Below the pieces are notes generated by a model. The model worked only from the letters and a program-made list of their open reading frames with translations, was not told the DNA's origin and searched no databases. Shown piece after piece: positions 9,072 through 18,698 of a stretch of 64,000 nt of DNA; within the stretch, counting starts at the first letter, position 1; each line of letters begins with the position of its first letter. The translations under genes and the position numbers were made by a program. Location: the NCBI GenBank assembly GCA_965230625.1, contig CBDDLL010000001.1, forward strand, positions 522,689-586,688, read 5' to 3'. This stretch comes from Saccharicrinis sp. (lineage in GTDB: Bacteria; Bacteroidota; Bacteroidia; Bacteroidales; Marinilabiliaceae).

Positions 9072-11213
9072 ATGACAGATACCGCAATAAATATCGAATT
9101 ATATAAATCTCTTTTCAAGGGAAGAACCGATATTTATGCTACCCGATGGGAAAAAGAAGGTAGAAGTGGTTACATGCCAGCTTATAAAGTTGATTGGACA
9201 GATTATAACAAACACAAAGCCCAAGGTGGCACGTTTAAAGACTACAAAAATAAGGAATACCTGGCATTTGATAACAAAGCCATTGAAACCCATTTGTCAG
9301 GAAAAGAAACAAATGGTATTTATCCACTCTTAGAAGACAATACTTCATTTTTTATTGCAGTAGATTTCGACAAACAAAATTGGCAAGAAACTATAATCAG
9401 ACTTTATGAAGCTTGTCAAAAGCATGACCTACCTGCACATATTGAGCGTTCACGGTCTGGCAATGGAGGACATTTATGGATATTCTTTGAACAAGCGTTT
9501 CCTGCTGAACAAAGTCGGAAATTAATGTTTGAGTTGTTAAGACATTCAAATATTATATCTCATTTTGAGAAAGAACCAAGTTTCGATCGTTTATTTCCAA
9601 ATCAGGATTATCATTCAGGTAAAGGCATGGGAAATCTTATTGCCTTACCATTACAAGGCAAATCTTTAGAACAAGGTAACTCGTGTTTTATAAATCCAGA
9701 AACATTAGAACCATATCAAGACCAATGGACATATCTTGAAACTATTAAAAAGGTTCCAACCCAAAAATTAAAAGAACTTTACGAAGACCTTTTTAATACA
9801 AAACCACAGGAAGTTTTTGTTTCCACCTCTCAAAACGGTAAAACCAGTTATCATCTTGAAATTGTAATCAGCAATCAGATTTATCTGAAACGTGCACAAT
9901 TAAGTCAAAAGTTGATTGTGTTTTTACGAGAACAATTAAACTTTTATAATTCTGATTATCTGGCAAAGAAGAACCTAGGAAAAAGTGTCTTTAATACCGA
10001 GAAATTCTTCAAGTTAATTGAAGAATCAGAAAGTGAAGTAATGATACCAAGAGGATTTTCGGCAAGTTTGGTTCAATTTTGCAATAAAGAATCGATTCCG
10101 TATAAAATAATAGACAAAAGGGAAAAGAAAGAACCGATTGATTTTGATTCCAACATTGAGTTATTAGACCATCAGGAAATCGCTCTTGAACAGGTAAGAG
10201 AAAAGGATTTTGGTGTTATTGTGTCTCCACCAGGTTCTGGAAAAACAGTAATTGGACTTGAAGTTATATCGGAGAAACGACAACCAGCATTAATTATAGT
10301 ACACCGAAAACAATTATTTGACCAGTGGATTGAACGAATACAGGATTTTCTTAAGATTCCAAAGAAAGAAATCGGACAAATTGGGAACCAGAAAAAGAAG
10401 ATTGGTAAACATATAACCATCGCTATGATTCAATCTCTATCAAGGATTGAGGACTATTCTGAAATATCTAGTGCATTTGGAACAATTATTATCGATGAGT
10501 GTCACCATATTCCTGCAAAATCATTCCGTGAAGTAATTGTAAATTTCAATGCCTTTTATCTGTATGGTTTAACTGCTACTCCGAAACGGAAAAACAATGA
10601 CCAAAAACTGATTTTTATTTATATTGGAAATATTCTGCATCAAGTTAATCAGACTGATTATCTAGCTGAGAAAAATATAAAAACTGAAATAAACATAAAG
10701 GAAACTGAACTTTTCGCTCCATTTGATTATAAGATAGATAAATATGAAACCATTTCTCGGATTCTTGTTCATGATACTCAGCGAAACTCGTTGATATTAA
10801 AAGATATTGAAGAAAATGCAAGTCGCTTTAAAACTATCCTCATTTTATCTGAACGAAAAACCCATGTCGATATTCTAAATCTTTACTTAAAAGATAAATA
10901 TGAGACTATAACGATTCATGGAGAAGATTCTGAAAGTTCGAGAAAAAGTAAAATAGAACAAATTAAGCAAGGTCATTTTAAAATCGTAATTTCGACAGGT
11001 CAATATTTTGGAGAAGGCATTGACATAAGCAATCTGGAATGTCTATTTATTGTTTATCCATTTGCTTTTGAGGGTAAATTGATTCAATACATTGGCAGAA
11101 TTCAGCGTTCTGAAAATCCACCAGTTATATTTGATTATCGAGATTCCAAAATTGATTATTTTGAAAAGATGTTTAAACAGCGGAAACGCTATTACAAGAA
11201 ATTATTAAAGTAA
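9072..11213 (+). CDS. Archaeo-eukaryotic primase (AEP/PrimPol-like) domain fused to an SF2 (type III restriction Res-like, DEAH) helicase
   Basis: N-terminus carries AEP motif I FFIAVDFD (DxD, aa 98-100), motif II SGNGGHLWIFF and GNLIALPL. C-terminus carries Walker A SPPGSGKT, IIDECHH, GLTATP, GEGIDI and QYIGRIQR. Confidence 0.75.
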   Translation: MTDTAINIELYKSLFKGRTDIYATRWEKEGRSGYMPAYKVDWTDYNKHKAQGGTFKDYKNKEYLAFDNKAIETHLSGKETNGIYPLLEDNTSFFIAVDFDKQNWQETIIRLYEACQKHDLPAHIERSRSGNGGHLWIFFEQAFPAEQSRKLMFELLRHSNIISHFEKEPSFDRLFPNQDYHSGKGMGNLIALPLQGKSLEQGNSCFINPETLEPYQDQWTYLETIKKVPTQKLKELYEDLFNTKPQEVFVSTSQNGKTSYHLEIVISNQIYLKRAQLSQKLIVFLREQLNFYNSDYLAKKNLGKSVFNTEKFFKLIEESESEVMIPRGFSASLVQFCNKESIPYKIIDKREKKEPIDFDSNIELLDHQEIALEQVREKDFGVIVSPPGSGKTVIGLEVISEKRQPALIIVHRKQLFDQWIERIQDFLKIPKKEIGQIGNQKKKIGKHITIAMIQSLSRIEDYSEISSAFGTIIIDECHHIPAKSFREVIVNFNAFYLYGLTATPKRKNNDQKLIFIYIGNILHQVNQTDYLAEKNIKTEINIKETELFAPFDYKIDKYETISRILVHDTQRNSLILKDIEENASRFKTILILSERKTHVDILNLYLKDKYETITIHGEDSESSRKSKIEQIKQGHFKIVISTGQYFGEGIDISNLECLFIVYPFAFEGKLIQYIGRIQRSENPPVIFDYRDSKIDYFEKMFKQRKRYYKKLLK

Positions 11214-11215
11214 AT

Positions 11216-12547
11216 ATGGCAGAAAGTCAAAACATAGAATGGAAAGAAAGCTGGCGTGATGAATACCTGAAATGGATTTGTGGTTTTGCAAATGCACAAG
11301 GAGGTAAAATCTATATTGGCAAAAACGATAAAGGAGAAGTTGTTGGAATTGACAATGCTAAACGATTAATGGATGATTTGCCAAATAAGATTGTAACAAA
11401 TCTCGGGATAATCTGTGATATAAACCTATTAGCTGAAAATAACAAAGAAGTCATTGAAATAATTGTTGAGCCTTATCCAAATCCTGTAAATTATAAAGGA
11501 CAGTATCACTATAGAACTGGAAGTACTAAGCAAGAGTTAAAAGGAGCTGCGTTAGATAAATTCTTGCTTCAAAAGCATGGTAAAACATGGGATAGTGTAC
11601 CTGTTCCTAAAATTGCGATTGAAGACCTTGATGGTAATGCTTTTAATATTTTCAAGAAGAAAGCTGAAAAAAGTGGTCGTGTCGACGATGAAGTTTTAAA
11701 TGACTCAAACCAATCATTATTAGAAAACCTTGACTTAATTGAAGACGACTATATTACAAGAGCAGGAGTTTTATTATTCCACCCTAAACCTGACAAGTTA
11801 TTTACAGGTTCATACATCAAAATTGGTTTTTTTGTAACCGATGATGATTTGCGTTTTCAGGATGAAATCCATGGAAATGCATTCGACCAAATAGAAAAGA
11901 CACTCGACTTACTAAAGACAAAGTACTTGAAGGCAGAAATAAGATATGAAGGAATAAGCAGAGTTGAAGAATTTCCATTTCCAGCTCCTGCATTTCGAGA
12001 GGCAATTTTGAATGCCATTGCTCATAAAGATTATAGTAGCACGACTCCTATACAGATTAGTGTTTATGAGGATAAAATGATTATTTGGAATCAAGGTCAA
12101 TTACCTGAAAATTGGACTGTAGATAAGTTGTCTGAAAAACATCCATCTATGCCATTTAATCCATTGGTTTCAAATACACTATTCCGAAGTGGATACATTG
12201 AAGCTTGGGGGCGTGGCACAATCAATATGATAAATGAATGTGCAAAGCGAAATATTCCACGTCCAAGCTACAAATACGATTTTTCTGGATTTATTGTGGA
12301 GTTTAGAAAGTTCAGTAAGGATTACTTGGAGTCACTTGGATTAAGTGAAGCATTTATCAAAATCATCCTTTATGTGCAAGAAAAAGGACAAATAGGAAAT
12401 ACTGAAGTACAAGAGATTTGTGGTGTATCGAAACGAACTGCTTCTACTTATTTAGCAGAATTAGAGAAAGATTATTTGGATAAAAAAGGAGCTACAGGTA
12501 AGGGAACTCTTTACTCATTAAAGGGGCAACAAAGGGGCAGTTATTGA
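11216..12547 (+). CDS. AlbA_2 (Schlafen-type, 'divergent AAA') domain protein with HATPase_c_4-like region and C-terminal wHTH
   Basis: N-terminus ESQNIEWKESW...ICGFANAQGGKIYIGKNDKGEVVGI is the classic AlbA_2 opening. REAILNAIAHKDY and WGRGT motifs lie in the ATPase-like part. The start is 2 nt after the helicase stop. Confidence 0.75.
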   Translation: MAESQNIEWKESWRDEYLKWICGFANAQGGKIYIGKNDKGEVVGIDNAKRLMDDLPNKIVTNLGIICDINLLAENNKEVIEIIVEPYPNPVNYKGQYHYRTGSTKQELKGAALDKFLLQKHGKTWDSVPVPKIAIEDLDGNAFNIFKKKAEKSGRVDDEVLNDSNQSLLENLDLIEDDYITRAGVLLFHPKPDKLFTGSYIKIGFFVTDDDLRFQDEIHGNAFDQIEKTLDLLKTKYLKAEIRYEGISRVEEFPFPAPAFREAILNAIAHKDYSSTTPIQISVYEDKMIIWNQGQLPENWTVDKLSEKHPSMPFNPLVSNTLFRSGYIEAWGRGTINMINECAKRNIPRPSYKYDFSGFIVEFRKFSKDYLESLGLSEAFIKIILYVQEKGQIGNTEVQEICGVSKRTASTYLAELEKDYLDKKGATGKGTLYSLKGQQRGSY

Positions 12548-12631
12548 CTTTATTTAAATCTCAAACAATAGATTATCAGAATGTTGATTGAAATTTAAAG
12601 GGGAACTAAAGGGGCAATAAGATTAAATTGC

Positions 12632-12661
12632 CAGCCCACACAGCCAAGCACATTTACAATT
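12632..12661. repeat. Intergenic repeat, R family, copy R3
   Basis: CAGCCCACACAGCCAAGCACATTTACAATT has one mismatch to 9003-9032. It is followed by the AAAATTGCAAAAGAG block (12684-12698) shared with R1. Confidence 0.8.
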
Positions 12662-12819
12662 CACACAAGCCAACGCTTGACCTAAAATTGCAAAAGAGCT
12701 TGTCTGTCTGCCACCGCTTTTTTGCCGACCCTAAAAACTATTTTTTTCGGGAACAGTAGTGCTTCGAATGAGAGGATTTTAGATTGTGCTAGATTGATAA
12801 CTTATTGACAATGAATGAA

Positions 12820-12951
12820 GCCCAGCATACAACAATAAATATAAGGCATAGGGCAAAAAGTGCTATATTTGAGCTTAGTAACATTTAATAAAAATTGTAA
12901 GGGTTTGATAGGTTAGTGTTCCAAAGTGCCCTACGACCTCATATTCGTGCC
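12820..12951. repeat. Structured intergenic repeat, C family, copy C1 (interrupted by the IS; continues at 14642)
   Basis: Aligns by eye over ~130 nt with 19372-19500. Shared blocks are AATAAATATA, AGTGCTA.ATTTGAG, ATTTAATA, GATAGGTT, ATATTC and CCGTT. Confidence 0.6.
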
Positions 12952-14641
12952 GTCAGACTGTCTAAAAACCAAATTCACTGTTGAAAACGATTCATAAGTT
13001 GTGACATGGAAATTATCGTATGGCCCTGTTGTTTTGTATCTTATAGATATGAAATTCATACAAGGACAAAACAGGGAACAAACACATCTTTTTCCAATTT
13101 CTTTGGATCAGGCCATTGAACCAGACAATGAAGTGCGTATAATAGATTTGTTTGTAGATAGCCTTGATATTGGCAACATGGGTTTTGATGTTGGGTTTGT
13201 TGAAAACGGGAGGCCTGCGTATCATCTGTCCGACTTACTAAAACTCTACATTTATGGGTATATGAATCGCATCCGTTCGTCGCGACAGTTAGAAAAGGAA
13301 AGTAAACGTAATATTGAGGTGATGTGGTTAATACATTCACTTTCGCCCGATCACAATACCATCTCAAACTTCCGCAAAAACAACCCCAAAGCCATAAAAA
13401 AGGTATTTAGGGAAACAGTACGCATAGTCCGTAATTTCGAACTTATTGGCGGCAAATAACTGGCAGGCGATAGCACAAAGCTACGTGCACAGAACAGTAA
13501 AAAAAACAACTATAACCAAAAGAAAATAGACCGGCATATCGAATATATTGAGAACAAAATAGATGAACATAACAAGGCTATTGCGGAAAAAGATGGGGAT
13601 AAGCAGGAGCATAAAAAAGAAATAGAGAAACACGAAAACCGAAAAGAAGGCTATGAGCAGTTGGAGCAACAGTTAAAGCAATCCGGTCTGTCGCAAATAT
13701 CCACTTCCGACCCTGATAGTCGTCACATGATTACCCGTAACAATATAATGGAAGTAGCCTATAATGCCCAAACTACGGTTGACGACAAAAACAACCTACC
13801 GATAGATTACAAAGTGACCAATGCCAACGACTGCAAGGCCATGGAAAATATGCTTCAAAGAGCCAAAAGTATTCTGGGCACCAATAAATTTACGGCCTTG
13901 TACGATAAGGGATATCATACGGGATCGGAATTTGATATGGCGGATAAATTAGGTATAAAAACAATTGTAGCCATTCCCGGCGTGGCAGCTCAAGCTCCAG
14001 ACCCGGCATATAATGTCGAGCACTTTAAATATGATAATTTGGATGATTGTTACATTTGCCCCAGGGGTCACCGAATGATCATCACCGGAAAATTACACCA
14101 AGCCAAAACTTATCAATTTAAGCGGTACACTACTAAAGCATGCAAAAGTTGTGAGGATAAATATAAATGTAGTAAAGCAAAGTATGGTAAAGCCATACAG
14201 CGTAGCGAATATCAAGAGCTCATCAAGTTAAATAAGGATAGAGTAAATAATAACCAAAATTATTACAGGCGTCGACAGGCCATTGTCGAACACCCCTACG
14301 GCACAATCAAACGGCAATGGGGATTCAATTACATTATAACAAAGAAATTTATCCATCGAGCCGAAGCAGACCTTGGCCTGATAATGAATGCCTATAATCT
14401 AAGAAGGCTTATCAATATCATAGGAAAAGAGCAGCTGGTGAAATACCTGCAAAGTATAGTCTCTGCGTTGCTAAATCAAAACAGCCTAAATTGTTTCTTC
14501 TCGAATATTGTAAGCTATTTAATTATCAAAATAAATTATTATCATTATTTTCAGTTCGTAAATAAAACGGCAATAAGGAGCTAAAAACGGCATAAAAAAC
14601 TATGAATCATTAAATGTTTTTGAGTTTTTAGACAGACTGAC
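12952..14641 (+). mobile_element. IS1182-family insertion sequence (1690 bp)
   Basis: 18-bp terminal inverted repeats: GTCAGACTGTCTAAAAAC (12952-12969) against the reverse complement of 14624-14641, GTCAGTCTGTCTAAAAAC, with 1 mismatch. It encloses a DDE transposase reading frame. Confidence 0.8.
13049..14584 (+). pseudogene. IS1182-family transposase interrupted by a single in-frame TAA (13457-13459)
   Basis: ORFs 13001-13459 and 13661-14584 are in the same frame. The stretch 13460-13660 is stop-free and reads LAGDSTKLRAQNSKKNN.... The N-terminus MKFIQGQNREQTHLFP is typical of this family. Confidence 0.75.
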
Positions 14642-14717
14642 GTTGGGCATAATTTTGTCACATACATAACAGGCAGACACATAGTCTGATAAATACTAAT
14701 TATTATAATTTATTTAA

Positions 14718-15239
14718 ATGAAAACTTATTTTATCCTTATTGCTCTGTGTAGTATTTTTTTAATTGATTGTAATGCTCAAAAATGTGAAGTTACTGAAGA
14801 TCCGTTTACAAACGAAAAAGTAATATCATTTAACTGGAAAAATGGAATCGTTTTTTACGAATTAAAAAGTGATAAAATCAAATTTGGAATCACGTGTAAC
14901 TACAATGGTGATCGAGATGTAATTATTGAAAAAGGACATAAAGCATTTTTTAAGTTTGATAATGGAGAAACGATGGAGTTAACTACATGTGTTGATTCTC
15001 ATCCAGACACAAATATTAGTGCCTCTCAATATGGCGCTGCTGTATTTACATATTATACTTTCACATTTTCCCTATCAAAAGATCAATTAAATAAGCTAGC
15101 AGTTAATAAGACGACAGCAGTTAGGTATCCTGATACAAATGGTGAATATTTAGATGTCATTTTAAAAGGAAAGAGGAACAAGTATACTAAAGCGGTACTT
15201 GAAGGTGGACAATGCATTTTAAGTAATTTAATGAATTAA
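14718..15239 (+). CDS. Hypothetical secreted protein (173 aa)
   Basis: N-terminal signal peptide (MKTYFILIALCSIFLIDCNAQ). No family recognised. Confidence 0.5.
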   Translation: MKTYFILIALCSIFLIDCNAQKCEVTEDPFTNEKVISFNWKNGIVFYELKSDKIKFGITCNYNGDRDVIIEKGHKAFFKFDNGETMELTTCVDSHPDTNISASQYGAAVFTYYTFTFSLSKDQLNKLAVNKTTAVRYPDTNGEYLDVILKGKRNKYTKAVLEGGQCILSNLMN

Positions 15240-15645
15240 TACATTCATAATAAAACTATGCCCAATAAATAGGACTATGAGCGGTCTGTAAGACCAAGCG
15301 TGGTAGTCCATGTTGGACTACATCCCGGTTTCTATTTAACCTATGTACTTATCGACGCTTTTTTATATTCTGAAGTAGGTAGAAGGTGTTGTTAAGTGGT
15401 CTAAAAGAATTGTAAATATAAGGTAGAAAAAAGAAGAGATCAAGTGCTTTTTGCGAAGATAGGGTACTGTATTTTTTTAGAGCGAAGGTGATTGGATATA
15501 GAAAGCAGATTAAATACATTTTGTTGTTTGTTCTGAAAAAGTACATTTGCTACATTTGACCAAAGCTATCCCGGAGGGATTTAGTTCAACAATTAATAAA
15601 AAATACTACCTGTCATTAGATTAATATTTGTAATAAAAAAATAAA

Positions 15646-16092
15646 GTGAAAGTTAAAAAGCTCATATGGACTTTAGTTGGACTTGCGATTTTATCCTTAG
15701 TTTTTCTTTGGTTATATTTTGTTGTAGGTTTTAGTTCAACTTATCTGCCACTTGAAAAATATTACAGTAATATTACTCAAAATGAAATAAAGCAAAGACT
15801 TGAAATACTAGATTCAACGCAAGGCTTTAATGTCAATATTACTGATACAACAGGACAATACCCAAAAGAATATAATGTGTATTTTAAAATTACAGATAAC
15901 AATAATTGTGAATACCATTTAAAATTTCATCTAGATAAATCATTAATTCATAAAGAGCAGACTGAAATATCCCTATTAGGAGTATTTGACAGAGACAAGA
16001 ATATTGGAGGTTATAGTAAATTAGACTCTAAATATATTATTCATCTTATTGACTGTTTTGAAAAGGAAGTACTTCCAAGAATAAATAACTAA
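15646..16092 (+). CDS. Hypothetical membrane-anchored protein (148 aa, GTG start)
   Basis: One N-terminal TM helix (LIWTLVGLAILSLVFLWLYFVVGF). No family recognised. Confidence 0.4.
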   Translation: MKVKKLIWTLVGLAILSLVFLWLYFVVGFSSTYLPLEKYYSNITQNEIKQRLEILDSTQGFNVNITDTTGQYPKEYNVYFKITDNNNCEYHLKFHLDKSLIHKEQTEISLLGVFDRDKNIGGYSKLDSKYIIHLIDCFEKEVLPRINN

Positions 16093-16357
16093 TGCCAATA
16101 ACTAAGCGTCCTGCCTGTTTGTAAAACAGAAGCTGGACGCAGTGTTGACGAAAACCGGGAAAAAGTCTCTGATATGTTATGGAGATTGATATATTTTTAT
16201 TGAGGTCTTAGTGAGATGCTTTTAAAGTATAGTTTAAGTAAAAGGTGTACTGATTATAATAGAACTTTCAAAAAAAAAGGATTTATAGTCTTTTCTGTCA
16301 TGTCATTTGGACTTATTTTTCTGTATAGCACATAGCTATTCTATTCACCCATGGGTG

Positions 16358-17482
16358 TTATTTTAAATCTATCATATAATCAGCTCCAAGAGGAACTACT
16401 TTATTAGGAGGTCCCCTGATATCGAACCGTGCAATGATAACCAGGTCTCCAACTTTGCAACAAGGACATTTGTTGTGCCTTAAAGGTTCTCGATGATGGA
16501 TATTCACTTTACCCAGCTGGGTTTCTATTATTGCTAATACTTTACGCTTAACAGCAGAAGCCAAAATTCCATAATGCCTGATACGCACAAAACCTTTGGG
16601 TAATATGTGCAGGGCAAAACGCTTTATAAAGTCATGGCTACTTAAAGTGAGCTTATACTTTTGGCCACCCTTTCTGTAATCCTTGGCTTCAAAAGTCACC
16701 TTTTGGTTTTCTATATTCTTGATACGGTGATTTGATATTGCGATTTTATGGGTATACCTGCCAAGGTATTCAATAACTTGTGAGGGACCATAAAAAGGGT
16801 GCTTGCAATAGATAACCCATTTCTTTTTAAACAGTTGTTTGTACAAAGCTTCCAGTTGTGGCCATTCTTTTCTAAGAGATGCTATAAACTTTGCCCTAAA
16901 CACCTTTGACATAGTCTTAACCGGGAAAAGAAATTTATCTTTTCCCCTGGCATTTTTCCATTGGTTAGAAGAAGTAATTCCGCCACCAGGTACAATACAG
17001 TGCAGGTGCGGGTGTAACCATAGGTTTTGTCCCCATGTGTGTAATATGGAAACCATGCCAGTTTTTGCACCCAAAAACCTGTGATTAGCAGCAAAGCCCT
17101 GGATTACCTGCCAACTGACTTTAAACAGTAAGTTATAAAGTTTATCTGGCATAAAAACTGCGAGTTTATTGAGTTCACAGGGCAAGGTAAATACTATATG
17201 ATAGTAAGTCGTATTTAGCAGTTCTTCTCCGCATTTGCGTATCCATAGCTCCTTTTTATGCCCCTGGCATTTGGGACAATGACGGTTACGGCAACTATTG
17301 TAACTAATATGCAGTTTATGGCATTGAGGATTGGTGCATTGGTCAACATGGCCGCCCATTAGGTAAGTGCGGCAGATTTCAATGGCATACAATGTTCTTA
17401 GTTTCCATTTGTTAAGAACCAACTTGTGTAGCCTATGATGTTCTTGCTGTAGCACCTGTGCTACTTCAAAGGCTGGTTTCAT
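16358..17482 (-). CDS. IS91-family transposase (zinc-binding N-terminal domain + Y2 HUH transposase)
   Basis: Cys-rich N-terminus (CTNPQCHKLHISYNSCRNRHCPKCQ), an HTWGQNLWLHPHLHCIVPGGG HUH-like segment, and YLGRYTHKIAISNHR with the catalytic Tyr region. Confidence 0.8.
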   Translation of the reverse strand: MKPAFEVAQVLQQEHHRLHKLVLNKWKLRTLYAIEICRTYLMGGHVDQCTNPQCHKLHISYNSCRNRHCPKCQGHKKELWIRKCGEELLNTTYYHIVFTLPCELNKLAVFMPDKLYNLLFKVSWQVIQGFAANHRFLGAKTGMVSILHTWGQNLWLHPHLHCIVPGGGITSSNQWKNARGKDKFLFPVKTMSKVFRAKFIASLRKEWPQLEALYKQLFKKKWVIYCKHPFYGPSQVIEYLGRYTHKIAISNHRIKNIENQKVTFEAKDYRKGGQKYKLTLSSHDFIKRFALHILPKGFVRIRHYGILASAVKRKVLAIIETQLGKVNIHHREPLRHNKCPCCKVGDLVIIARFDIRGPPNKVVPLGADYMIDLK

Positions 17483-18252
17483 GATTCCTGGTTGAGATAG
17501 AGTTTATCTAATGGACAAAATGCCTTGTATTTATCCAGTTGGGCAACATGTAGGTATACCATAGTAGTCCGGATGTCGGTATGTCCCAAAAGTTCTTTTA
17601 AGGTGATAATATCAGTACCCATCTCTAACAGGTGGGTGGCGTAAGTATGACGGAGCACATGTGAGGTAACCTGTTTTTTGATGGAGGTTTTCTTTAAGGC
17701 TTGCCTGATAATCCATTGAACTCCTGTTTCTGAAAAGCGTTGAAGCTGCCCTGTACTGGATTTTCCATTAAATAACCACTGGTATGGGTGTTCCGATTCC
17801 AGATAATCCTTAAGTCCTCTACATAACATGTTTCCCAATGGAACGTATCGGTCTTTTCGCCCTTTTCCTTCTCGTATGTGAAGTTGCTTACGGTCAAAGT
17901 CGATGTCGGGGATTTTGATATTGAGCAACTCGAACCGACGCAATCCACAGCCATATAACAATCCAATTACCAACCTGTGCTTTAAAAGGTGGGGTGCTTT
18001 TAATAATTCTCTGAGCTCGTTGTGGCTTAATACAACGGGTAATTTTTTAGGGAACTTAAGTTTGGGAAGAAAAATAGAATATTGTTTAATTCCCAATACC
18101 CGATAAGCAAAGCGAAGCCCATATACTGTATGTTTAAAATAGCTCGAAGATGGTGTTTTACTTTGTGTCTTTAAGTACTGCAGGTAATCTAATACCTGTT
18201 CCTGATCTAAATGGGTAGGGCAACAATTAAAATGCAATGCCATTGTCGACAA
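17479..18252 (-). CDS. Tyrosine recombinase/integrase associated with the IS91-family transposase (5' end displaced by a frameshift, see findings)
   Basis: Catalytic motifs GLRRFELLNI (R), HVLRHTYATHLL (HxxR) and LLGHTDIRTTMVYLHV (H...Y). Confidence 0.8.
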   Translation of the reverse strand: MSTMALHFNCCPTHLDQEQVLDYLQYLKTQSKTPSSSYFKHTVYGLRFAYRVLGIKQYSIFLPKLKFPKKLPVVLSHNELRELLKAPHLLKHRLVIGLLYGCGLRRFELLNIKIPDIDFDRKQLHIREGKGRKDRYVPLGNMLCRGLKDYLESEHPYQWLFNGKSSTGQLQRFSETGVQWIIRQALKKTSIKKQVTSHVLRHTYATHLLEMGTDIITLKELLGHTDIRTTMVYLHVAQLDKYKAFCPLDKLYLNQES

Positions 18253-18698
18253 ACAACGGGCATAATTGGTCAGTGTACTTCTACTCTTACCTGATATTTC
18301 AATATTCCTTTTTAGTTTAAGAAATAGTTCGTTAAATTCGGGTACTGTTGAACGAGCCTGGGCAATTAACGTTAAACTTTTTTTTCATAACTATAATATT
18401 TATGGTGAATCTATTAAAGTTACGAAGCTTATTAGTTTATAGCTACCGCAGGTTTCGTTCAACAAATTGGAATAAATCATGTGGGGCGGTGGTGATTTGG
18501 GAGTGAGTTATGGCGAAACTAGTTCCGCCAAATCTTTTCATTCCGTTTGGAATGAAAATCTATAAACAAAATAACAAGCTTTGGCTCGGTTGGATTTCGG
18601 AAGTGGATTTAGGTTTTATCTCCACACAGTTCATCCAAGAGCCGTTTTCTGCAAGTGCAAAAAAACTTATTATACAATGACCAAAAAAACTAAAAATA

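Larger units (their letters stand above)
16358..18388 (-). mobile_element. IS91-family unit: tyrosine recombinase gene followed by Y2 (HUH) rolling-circle transposase; true ends not determined
   Basis: The two ORFs overlap by 4 nt (17479-17482). A subgroup of the IS91 family carries an upstream phage-integrase-like ORF. The coordinates cover only the coding part. Confidence 0.6.

Noticed and set aside
15349-15546. ORF 15349-15546(-) in the 400-nt gap between orphan ORFs
   Set aside because: It is the only minus-strand ORF in an all-plus tract, is Phe/Leu/Asn-rich, and overlaps hairpin-forming repeat sequence.
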